This document shows positions 18,284 to 26,015 of a stretch of 64,000 bases of DNA, piece after piece. The translations under genes were made by a program, and so were the position numbers. The stretch spans positions 619,739-683,738 of the forward strand of contig CP064977.1 of assembly GCA_016699465.1 (NCBI GenBank). The letters run 5' to 3'. This stretch comes from Candidatus Campbellbacteria bacterium (GTDB lineage: Bacteria; Patescibacteriota; Minisyncoccia; Phycocordibacterales; EsbW-18). The notes under the pieces were generated by a model. It was not told the origin of the DNA. It did no database searches and worked only from the letters and a program-made list of their open reading frames with translations. The first letter of the stretch is position 1; each line of letters opens with the position of its first letter.

Positions 18284-18868
18284 GTGTCTTCCAAAGAGAT
18301 TATTGGAAGAAGGTTAATTCTCCGTCCAATACGAGAGGGTGATCTCCAACTTCTCTACGAGTGGCGTAATGAGATACATTTCCGAAACCGATGCTCAAAC
18401 CGGAAGTATAAAGTTACTTTCCAGGAGTTTATCTCTGAAATTCGTGCTGATTTTTCAAAAGATCGACACGAACAGTGGATAATCTTGAGGAAGCCATCAC
18501 GGGGTCCGGTTGGAACAGTTTACACCTACAACTTTGACAAAGACGGAAAACACAGCTTTCTAAGTCTGTATGCCGTTCCGCGTCTCTGGGGTTCGGGTCT
18601 CGGGGTTGAGTGTCTGGCTCTTCTCGCGGAGTATCTGTTCGGCGAGTTTGAGCTGTACAAGTTATATATGGACGTATATGAGTACAACGCTCGAGTTGTT
18701 TCAGCACTAACAAAAGCGGGACTTTCCGTTGAGGGAAGATTCAGGGGTCATAGACTTTTAAGAGGAAAGCGCTACGATGTTGTTAGGTTTGCTCTATACC
18801 CAGACGTGTTGTTCAAACACGAAAAGCTCATAAGGTCTTTTCAGGTACACAACGCGGAAAGGAGGTGA
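18284..18868 (+). CDS. GNAT family N-acetyltransferase
   Basis: RRLILRPIREGDLQLLYEWRN...GLGVECLALLAEYLFGEFELYKLYMDVYEYNARVV; GTG 18284 preceded by ggagg. ORF 18137 upstream extension overlaps the terminator hairpins. Confidence 0.65.
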   Translation: MSSKEIIGRRLILRPIREGDLQLLYEWRNEIHFRNRCSNRKYKVTFQEFISEIRADFSKDRHEQWIILRKPSRGPVGTVYTYNFDKDGKHSFLSLYAVPRLWGSGLGVECLALLAEYLFGEFELYKLYMDVYEYNARVVSALTKAGLSVEGRFRGHRLLRGKRYDVVRFALYPDVLFKHEKLIRSFQVHNAERR

Positions 18869-18873
18869 TATAC

Positions 18874-19089
18874 GTGAGCAAGTACAGCGAGAAGGACGCC
18901 AGCAAGGATACAGGCTCCTCTTCTAAGGAGACCTCTCGTTCCTGGCATGACGCTCGAGATGACTCTGGTGCTCGTAGTGGTGGAGACAAGGAGCATTTTG
19001 AGAGTGCTCCTTCGTGGGCAGACTCAACCACAGAGTCAGGTATTTCGCTTTTTCCCGAAAGAAGTTCGTCGGGCGGAAGCGGCAAGTAG
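18874..19089 (+). CDS. hypothetical small acidic Ser-rich protein
   Basis: GTG 18874 preceded by aaaggagg; 71 aa, low complexity. Confidence 0.3.
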   Translation: MSKYSEKDASKDTGSSSKETSRSWHDARDDSGARSGGDKEHFESAPSWADSTTESGISLFPERSSSGGSGK

Positions 19090-19150
19090 CACAGGGTAGT
19101 ACAATGATGGGGGTGCTGAAGCCGGCATCCCCATTTTCTATACGACAATC

Positions 19151-19423
19151 ATGGATATTCGAAAACTAAAAATTAAAGCGGGAGAGTATTGTCTTGTTAT
19201 ATATCAAGATGCTTCGTATGCGTATCAGTTGCCAAAAATAAAAAATACTTTTTTATATCCAAAACTTTCAAAAAGCGTCGGGCGTGTGCGACTACTTCAC
19301 AGAGACTATCTTGATTTGGGTACGGTATGGGTTTGTGAAACAGATATGTTTAAAAATGGTCTCATCATTCCCATGTCTGCGATACGTTCTATCAAAAGGT
19401 TATCTTTGTATGGTAAAAAATAA
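19151..19423 (+). CDS. hypothetical protein
   Basis: 90-aa ORF in an AT-rich segment; no family recognised. Confidence 0.35.
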   Translation: MDIRKLKIKAGEYCLVIYQDASYAYQLPKIKNTFLYPKLSKSVGRVRLLHRDYLDLGTVWVCETDMFKNGLIIPMSAIRSIKRLSLYGKK

Positions 19424-19676
19424 TGACAAAAAGAAGAAGGTGACAATCTATTGGAACGATATTTTTGTGTACCACGACGGTGCAATACATAAACCAACCC
19501 CCGCATATACCGAGGGTGAACTGATACGTCAGAATAAGAGGTTTCTGTTTCTAAAGAATCCAGAGACGATCCTCTTCTCCCCTCGTGGTCCCAAAAATCA
19601 TCCAAACAGAAAAGCGAAGTGGTATGTCATCCCACGTGTTTTGATATCAAGTATAGTGTATGTTGAAAAAAAATAG
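19410..19676 (+). CDS. hypothetical protein
   Basis: ATG 19410 (MVKNNDKKKK...) overlaps the previous ORF end at an A-run; could be one gene with a frameshift. Confidence 0.3.
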   Translation: MVKNNDKKKKVTIYWNDIFVYHDGAIHKPTPAYTEGELIRQNKRFLFLKNPETILFSPRGPKNHPNRKAKWYVIPRVLISSIVYVEKK

Positions 19677-19887
19677 CACAACAAAAAATATCGAACTGTT
19701 TACGTGGAGTATTAAAAAAACAAATCCACTCAATCCTCTTGGTCATGATGTGACTGTTTGCACGGCAGGGTTTGTTGTACGGGAATCAAAAACATATGTC
19801 TGGGTTGCTAACTCCGAAGGAAATAGCGGATACCTAGATATCAACCGTATACCTAAAAATGATATTATTTCTAGGGCTAGGTTTTAA
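19660..19887 (+). CDS. hypothetical protein
   Basis: 75-aa ORF overlapping the previous stop. Confidence 0.3.
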   Translation: MLKKNSTTKNIELFTWSIKKTNPLNPLGHDVTVCTAGFVVRESKTYVWVANSEGNSGYLDINRIPKNDIISRARF

Positions 19888-20062
19888 AATAGGAGAATCT
19901 GGTCTATAGGGGATAGAAATACCCTTACATACATGGTTTTTTGTTTGTTTGAGTGGAAGCTACTGAACCATAACGGTGAGGTTGACAATGTGTTTCTTTG
20001 TGATATAATAGAAATCAGAAAACATGTGGGACGACCCCCTCATGTAGAAATAGGAGGATGCC

Positions 20063-20560
20063 ATGAACTGGGTGACGGGATCTGTTCTCGCGCTCGTCTG
20101 TTGGGCGGCGATTTACGTTTTCGCCGCAAAAGCTGCGCACAACGGGGCAGAGATCAATCTTGTCCTCGAAGTGCTCGGATCCCTCGCTGTCGTGGCCTTC
20201 ATGTGCCGTAACATCAGCTGGGGCATGATCAAGGCCAACGAGGTCACCCTCGAGTCCTGCCTCTACGGACTTGCGGGCGGTGTGCTCTACGGACTGGGGC
20301 TGTATTTTTCCCTCTCCGTGTTCACGAGCACTCCCGAACGTATCAACGAGAGTTCGGTTATCGCTGGGATGAATCCCGTCCTGGCGGTGGTTCTCATCCT
20401 CATCGTCCAGAAGTTGTTCCCAAAGTTCATCAGTGAGGTGGGGACGCTTCGGCCGACGCAGTGGGCCGGTGTACTGTTCGCCGCTCTGGCCCTTGTCCTG
20501 ATTACGTGGGACGAGGGGTGGACCGAAGGTATCACCACTGCTGTTAAGAAGTTCTTTTAA
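20063..20560 (+). CDS. hypothetical membrane protein in GC-rich island
   Basis: aggagga RBS 7 nt before ATG; 165 aa with 4-5 TM helices; GC much higher than flanks. The antisense ORF 20015..20590 is a shadow. Confidence 0.55.
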   Translation: MNWVTGSVLALVCWAAIYVFAAKAAHNGAEINLVLEVLGSLAVVAFMCRNISWGMIKANEVTLESCLYGLAGGVLYGLGLYFSLSVFTSTPERINESSVIAGMNPVLAVVLILIVQKLFPKFISEVGTLRPTQWAGVLFAALALVLITWDEGWTEGITTAVKKFF

Positions 20561-20585
20561 CCAACGACTGGTTGTCGTTGATGCA

Positions 20586-20620
20586 GCCACAGGATTAGGA
20601 ACCCTGTGGCTTTTGCGTTC
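20586..20620 (+). terminator. rho-independent terminator
   Basis: gccacagg-attaggaac-cctgtggc followed by ttttgcgtt. Confidence 0.65.
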
Positions 20621-20664
20621 TTAGGTTTTTGATAGATAATGGATAGTACTAATTTTAACCTTAT

Positions 20665-21060
20665 ATGGAAACAATCAACTTTGGTGAGCATCTAACAATT
20701 GATGGATACGACGGTAACCCGGACAAACTCAACGACAAAGAGCTCGTGTTGTCATGTTTACACGAACTTCCAAAATTGCTAGGCATGGGTATTCTTTCAG
20801 AACCACAAATATTTTTTGCTAAAGGAGATGACCAGAAAGACCCAGGTGGATGGAGCGGATTTGTGGTTATTATCGAAAGCCATATCAGCATTCACACATT
20901 TCCAAAGCGAAAATTTTTAAGTGCGGATGTGTACACGTGTAAAAATGGTTTAGATGTTGATTTTATTCTAGATTTTTTTAAGAAGAAATTTGAACTTCAG
21001 GAGATAGAAAAAAATTTCATTAAACGTGGGACGCGATACCCTCTGCACGATATAGTGTAG
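20665..21060 (+). CDS. speH: S-adenosylmethionine decarboxylase proenzyme (pyruvoyl-dependent, SpeH/SpeD class)
   Basis: VVIIESHISIHTFPKRKFLSADVYTCKNG matches the ES/H serinolysis site and the TCG-like motif of class 1 AdoMetDC. Confidence 0.7.
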   Translation: METINFGEHLTIDGYDGNPDKLNDKELVLSCLHELPKLLGMGILSEPQIFFAKGDDQKDPGGWSGFVVIIESHISIHTFPKRKFLSADVYTCKNGLDVDFILDFFKKKFELQEIEKNFIKRGTRYPLHDIV

Positions 21061-21071
21061 TTCGTGTGGAA

Positions 21072-22361
21072 TTACAGGTACCCCCATTTTTTTAGTTTTT
21101 CTTCATCTTTTTCAACAAAAGATTTTGCAAGATCATTTCTATAAAACATTTTGGGAATGTGGATGTCTTCAATGCGTCTGTACAAAAGCTTTTGAGCCTC
21201 GGGAACCGTATTGGCAAGCGCAGTAACATACATCGCGTATCCTCTATCGCCAGAGATAAAGTAACTTTCTTCTTCCTTTTTTGATATTTCTTCAAAATGT
21301 ATATGTTTAATTTCTTCTGTGGCGTATGGACCAAGGGTAACAGGAACTCCGCGACTTGAGATGGGGTGGCCTTTAAAGTGAAATGGAAATGGCGGGAGAG
21401 CAATTGTGGCCACAATGCCGTAACCAGGCTTCCACTTCAAGTCATAGGGCTCTCCACTAGCAACTGCAAATAAAAATTCACCCCATGGAGAAGAGTGAAT
21501 TTCAGTGTGAAGGTGAATTATTGGGCAACCAAAACGAGCTGTTGCTTCAGTGGGGAATGCGCCGTTTTCATTAACAATACAATTGATACTAAAATCCCCA
21601 CGAAAATCAGCTTTTTGTAAAAAAGGTTTGATTTTCGCGAGGGTTTCCTGAAACAATGTGTTGTTTTCGTTGTCGTCGTACCATGCAAGGGTTCCCATTT
21701 CAAATGTCGTTGGGCCAATGTCGCCAGGGAAGAGACGTTTGTGTTCTAGGCTTATTTCTATCGGTCCTACCCAGTCTTTTCCATTAAAATATCTTGCAGC
21801 ACCGATTTCTATCCCGTCTATTTTTTTATGGAGGGTAATTCTGTCATATCCGTAGCCGCTCACTTCTTTGTAGTTTTCAAGCACGCAGATTGTATCTTCA
21901 CCGCTCTCTAGACATCCAACATAGTTAAATTCTTTTTCGGGACCATTTTGTTTTATCACCCACGTACCTTTATTCTCCCTAATAAAATCGATTGCCTTAT
22001 CAATATCGGTAAAATCGAGGAGGGGCACAGTTTTTATTCCATGGTGTCTAAAGATCTCTTGCCCGAAGTAGCGATTTGTTTCGAGTCGCTCTCCAAATTC
22101 GGAACCACCGAACACTCTATATCCACTTGCCCTGAGTCTATTCTGGATTCTGGCGAATCCAACATCATCAAAAACAATAAGTCCATCTTCGCCGACCCAA
22201 GATAGCTCAGCGTGCCAGTCCAAGGTTTGGGTAATGAGCCCCTTTAAGTTGTCGCGCCTGTCAGGGTCATCAATATAGAGCTTAACTTCATGCCCCTCGT
22301 CCTGAAGGATGAGGGCAAGATTTCCGGCAAGTAGGTCCTTTGAGATAAATAGTATTTTCAT
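21072..22361 (-). CDS. ATP-grasp family protein (PurD/GARS-like)
   Basis: MKILFISKDLLAGNLALILQDEGHEV pre-ATP-grasp N-domain and GTWVIKQNGPEKEF in the ATP-grasp core; 429 aa. Confidence 0.55.
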   Translation of the reverse strand: MKILFISKDLLAGNLALILQDEGHEVKLYIDDPDRRDNLKGLITQTLDWHAELSWVGEDGLIVFDDVGFARIQNRLRASGYRVFGGSEFGERLETNRYFGQEIFRHHGIKTVPLLDFTDIDKAIDFIRENKGTWVIKQNGPEKEFNYVGCLESGEDTICVLENYKEVSGYGYDRITLHKKIDGIEIGAARYFNGKDWVGPIEISLEHKRLFPGDIGPTTFEMGTLAWYDDNENNTLFQETLAKIKPFLQKADFRGDFSINCIVNENGAFPTEATARFGCPIIHLHTEIHSSPWGEFLFAVASGEPYDLKWKPGYGIVATIALPPFPFHFKGHPISSRGVPVTLGPYATEEIKHIHFEEISKKEEESYFISGDRGYAMYVTALANTVPEAQKLLYRRIEDIHIPKMFYRNDLAKSFVEKDEEKLKKWGYL

Positions 22362-22530
22362 GTAAGATGGTATATGTCATAGTAACTGTATATGGACAAA
22401 AAATCAAAACTCCTAATAGGTCTTGTAGTGCTCGCCGTTTTCTTGTCAGTGAGCTACACATTTTATAAAAGTGTTATTTTGAAAGACATTCGGTTTATTA
22501 ATACTGATGTAGGAACGCCACAAGAGGTGG

Positions 22531-23397
22531 TTGAGACTATTTGATAACTCTATGATTACTGAGAAAAAAAATGAAAAGTATTGGTCAATGACAGAGGGTG
22601 TATTTAATTGTCTGATTGATTCTAAAAGAACACTTGCTTTTGGAAAAGCAATAAAAAATACAGTAAAACCAGGTGATGTTGTGGTTGACACCGGAGCTGG
22701 TTCGGGTGTTTTAGCAATGCTTGCTGCTGATGCAGGTGCTCGAATTGTGTATGCGATTGAAGTTGATAAAAAAAATAGTGATTTTCTTCAAAAAACCTTT
22801 GAAATGAATGGATATGATAAAAAAATTAAACTTATAAAGGGTGATGCGACCAAGGTTGATCTTCCGGAAAAGGTCGATTTTATTATGTGTGAAATGATAG
22901 CAACAGGTTTAATTGAAGAGCTTCAAATACCGGCAATGAACAATATTTTGCGTTTTGCTAAGAAAAAAACAAAAGTATTGTTAGAAAAATATGATAATTA
23001 TGTCGATCTTGTATTCAATAAAAATTTTTTCTACGGACATGAATTTCCAATTGTTCGATATGAATATGCCGATTTAAAAAATTTAAAATCAAAAGTTCTT
23101 ACGAAAAAATATCGTTATTCAACCACAAATCTTTCAAGGATTAATACGAATTCTATTGTCGATACGAGTATGAGCATTAAAATTACTCACCCAGGTTTGC
23201 TCAATGCAATTCGTATAAGTAGCGAAAGTATGTTTTGTGATAAAACAAAATTCTGGGATTCGTTTGCGTATAGTTACCCGATACTCCTTCCTGTAGATGC
23301 TCAAAATGTAAAACAGGGAGACGTTTTGAAACTTAATCTAAAATATGAAATGTGTGGAGGATTTAAGACGCTAAGTTATTCTTTGGTAAAAAAATAA
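22531..23397 (+). CDS. class I SAM-dependent methyltransferase (PRMT-like motifs)
   Basis: VVDTGAGSGVLAMLAADAGARIVYAIEVD (motif I and post-I), KGDATKVDLPEKVDFIMCEMIATGL. Confidence 0.6.
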   Translation: MRLFDNSMITEKKNEKYWSMTEGVFNCLIDSKRTLAFGKAIKNTVKPGDVVVDTGAGSGVLAMLAADAGARIVYAIEVDKKNSDFLQKTFEMNGYDKKIKLIKGDATKVDLPEKVDFIMCEMIATGLIEELQIPAMNNILRFAKKKTKVLLEKYDNYVDLVFNKNFFYGHEFPIVRYEYADLKNLKSKVLTKKYRYSTTNLSRINTNSIVDTSMSIKITHPGLLNAIRISSESMFCDKTKFWDSFAYSYPILLPVDAQNVKQGDVLKLNLKYEMCGGFKTLSYSLVKK

Positions 23398-23411
23398 AAG
23401 TAGTTATTTTT

Positions 23412-25046
23412 ATGAATATTCCATATTGTGAAGGTACGCCAAATTTTCTTTATATTTTTGATACTAGTTTTGCTCCAACCCTGCTTTTTTATGCTTATGT
23501 GCCCGTCGTGTGTGTTGCTCTTTTTTTGGGAATTTTTGTTTTAATAAAAGACAAGAATTCATTACTTAGTAAGATTTTATTTGCAATTTCTCTTGCGTTT
23601 TCACTTTGGACTCTAAATATAATTGCGCAGTGGTTGACCCCCGCGTCACACCTCAACTACTTTTTTTGGCAGATTACACCACTTTTAGAGATTTTTATTC
23701 CGATTCTTCTTGTTTATTTTGCTTATGTGTTTTTATGGAAAAAAGATATAAGTATTTTAGGTAAAAATATTGGTTTTTTGGCCCTGGTCCCAGTTTTGAT
23801 GTTGCTTCCGACAACATACAACATGAGTGCTTTTGATCCGAGTGCCTGTGAATCTGTAGTTGGACCACTTCTTGGATATGTGTACGGAATCGAAATTTTA
23901 TCTATATTGTTTATAGTTTTTCTTGGCGTAAGGAGATATGCACAAAAAAATATTTCCATCTCTTTTTTACAGGTGTTGTTAGTTACTCTTGGCTCAGCTC
24001 TGTTTCTAGGTATTTTTTCGGCAACAAATATTTTTGGTGAATTAACCAAGCTATATGAAATAAACCTCATTGGTCCGATAGGGATGGTTTTATTTCTTGC
24101 TCTGCTTGCATACATGATGGTGAAGTTTTATGTCTTTAACACTCGTGTTATCGGAACACAAATGCTTGTGGCGGTGCTCTCTGTTCTTGTGTTCGCGATG
24201 TTGTTTGTGAGAAAAATTGAAAATATTAGGTACGTTATTATTGTGACTTTAGGATTAGTTTTTGCCGTCGGGGTTGCATTGGTTAAAAGTGTGAAGCACG
24301 AAATTACCTTGCGCGAAGAAACGCAGAAGCTTGCGAAGAATTTGGAATTTGCGAACATGCGTCAACTTGAGACCATGCGGTTCATCACACACGAAGTTAA
24401 GGGATATTTGACGGACGCGTCTGCGGGGTTTGATGCCATCACGAGTGGAAGTTTTGGTCCTGTTGCCTCAGACATTAAAGACATGTCACAAGAAGCACTT
24501 GCCCGTGTGCAGTATGGTGTGAATGAAGTAAAAAACTTCTTGCATGTGTCTGACTTTAAGACGGGAAAGGTAACATATGCCATGGAGAAAATAAATCTCA
24601 CAGAGCTTCTCGTAAAAAGTGCTGAAGAGCTCAAAAAACGTGCGTCAGATAAAAAACTTACACTGGCGGTGAGCGTTCCAGAAGGGGATATGTGCACGAT
24701 CTTGGGAGATGCTGATTATATCGTCAATCACATCTTGAAAAACCTTATCGATAACGCCATCAACTACACACCAGAGGGTTCGGTGACGGTGTCTCTTGCA
24801 CACAAAGATGGTAAGGTGCTCTTCTCGGTGAAAGATAGTGGTGTTGGTTTGACGGATGAGGATAAGAAAGTGCTCTTCACTGAGGGTGGACGTGGAAAAG
24901 ATTCACGCACCGTGAACGTGCACAGTACTGGTTATGGTCTCTTTATCGCAAAGCAAATTGTTACTGCACACAACGGACGCATCTGGGCCGAGTCCGGAGG
25001 ACGAGGTAAAGGCTCCACTTTCCTCGTCGAATTCCCCGAAGTGTAG
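23412..25046 (+). CDS. sensor histidine kinase with N-terminal multi-TM sensor domain
   Basis: About 8 TM helices, then HisKA (RFITHEVKGYL) and HATPase_c (LIDNAINYT, DSGVGL, GYGLFIAKQIV). Confidence 0.85.
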   Translation: MNIPYCEGTPNFLYIFDTSFAPTLLFYAYVPVVCVALFLGIFVLIKDKNSLLSKILFAISLAFSLWTLNIIAQWLTPASHLNYFFWQITPLLEIFIPILLVYFAYVFLWKKDISILGKNIGFLALVPVLMLLPTTYNMSAFDPSACESVVGPLLGYVYGIEILSILFIVFLGVRRYAQKNISISFLQVLLVTLGSALFLGIFSATNIFGELTKLYEINLIGPIGMVLFLALLAYMMVKFYVFNTRVIGTQMLVAVLSVLVFAMLFVRKIENIRYVIIVTLGLVFAVGVALVKSVKHEITLREETQKLAKNLEFANMRQLETMRFITHEVKGYLTDASAGFDAITSGSFGPVASDIKDMSQEALARVQYGVNEVKNFLHVSDFKTGKVTYAMEKINLTELLVKSAEELKKRASDKKLTLAVSVPEGDMCTILGDADYIVNHILKNLIDNAINYTPEGSVTVSLAHKDGKVLFSVKDSGVGLTDEDKKVLFTEGGRGKDSRTVNVHSTGYGLFIAKQIVTAHNGRIWAESGGRGKGSTFLVEFPEV

Positions 25047-25047
25047 G
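25010..25047 (+). repeat. 38-bp direct repeat, copy 1 (3' end of the kinase gene)
   Basis: aggctccactttcctcgtcgaattccccgaagtgtagg; 32/38 identical to 25645..25682. The two copies flank the CYTH gene. Confidence 0.8.
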
Positions 25048-25069
25048 CATGGTGTAGTATGTGTGGATT

Positions 25070-25639
25070 ATGAAAAGAGAGGTTGAAATATTGGCGGAGG
25101 TATTTGATACGAAGAAAGCGGCTCTACGCAAGCTCAAAGGTTTGACGTTTCAGGGCAATAAAAAGACCCTAGACGTGTATTTTTTTGACCCTAAGAGAAA
25201 AGACCTACAACCAGACAAGCGTGGTCAACTAAAGCAGTGTTTGCGGGTTAGAAGTAAGGATGGAAAAGCATCCGTTGCATATAAGGTAGACCATTTTGAT
25301 ACGAAAGGGGTGTGGCTCTATTCAGATGAATATGAGACAGCGGTTGAGAATTTTTTGAAGACAGAAGAGATTTTTAAGAAGTTGGGATTGAAAGAATTGG
25401 TGCGGATAGAAAACACCAAGTCAACATTTGTAAATGATATCTATGAAGTTGTTCTTGAAGATGTTAAGGGTTTAGGTCTTTTTATGGAGGTTGAAAGGCA
25501 CAATGTTGGCGCTCGGGAAAATATTGTAAAGGTGAAAAAAGAGATTGTGGATTGGATACAAAAAATGGGTATACGTGTGAGTGCTGAGCTTACGATGGGT
25601 AAACCAGAATTAATGTTACGAAAGAAAAAGGAGAAGTAG
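25070..25639 (+). CDS. CYTH-domain protein (CyaB/thiamine-triphosphatase-like)
   Basis: MKREVEILAEVFD start (ExE motif) and later acidic and basic CYTH-like residues; 189 aa. Confidence 0.5.
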   Translation: MKREVEILAEVFDTKKAALRKLKGLTFQGNKKTLDVYFFDPKRKDLQPDKRGQLKQCLRVRSKDGKASVAYKVDHFDTKGVWLYSDEYETAVENFLKTEEIFKKLGLKELVRIENTKSTFVNDIYEVVLEDVKGLGLFMEVERHNVGARENIVKVKKEIVDWIQKMGIRVSAELTMGKPELMLRKKKEK

Positions 25640-25644
25640 GGCAC

Positions 25645-25682
25645 AGGCTCCACCCTCCTCGTCAAATTCCCTGGGGTGTAGG
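25645..25682 (+). repeat. 38-bp direct repeat, copy 2
   Basis: aggctccaccctcctcgtcaaattccctggggtgtagg immediately after the CYTH stop; abuts the 25-mer motif. Confidence 0.8.
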
Positions 25683-25705
25683 AGATAAAATTTTGATAAA
25701 GTCGA
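25681..25705 (+). repeat. 25-nt motif ggagataaaattttgataaagtcga (copy 2 of 2)
   Basis: Identical to 18164..18188. Confidence 0.7.
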
Positions 25706-25718
25706 AAGTTGCTAAACC

Positions 25719-25746
25719 TTGACAACAGTTTTTGTAGTGATATAGT
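25719..25746 (+). promoter_or_regulatory. sigma70-like promoter TTGACA-16-TATAGT
   Basis: ttgaca at 25719-25724, tatagt at 25741-25746; drives a ~200-nt unit ending at the terminator at 25929. Confidence 0.55.
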
Positions 25747-25928
25747 AAATTTACCCACTATTTTGGGCACACATACTATGACAACAACTTCTCACATTTC
25801 GAATATTGAAACATCTTGGATGCGCGGTAGCGTTGTGCTTCCTGCATTCAAGAAAAACGCTCGTTTTTCAGCGTTTTCAAGCCATAGGCGGTGTGTTCCG
25901 AGTACTTAATTTTCTTATTGAGTCTTTC

Positions 25929-25966
25929 AAACACCCCGCCTAGCAAGGCGGGGTGTTTCGTTCTTT
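25929..25966 (+). terminator. rho-independent terminator
   Basis: aacaccccgcc-tagcaa-ggcggggtgtt followed by tcgttcttt; lies just upstream of the ABC exporter RBS. Confidence 0.7.
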
Positions 25967-26015
25967 AACAACCGAATACCCAACAAACACTCTTCCAACG
26001 AAAGGGGAGAATACT

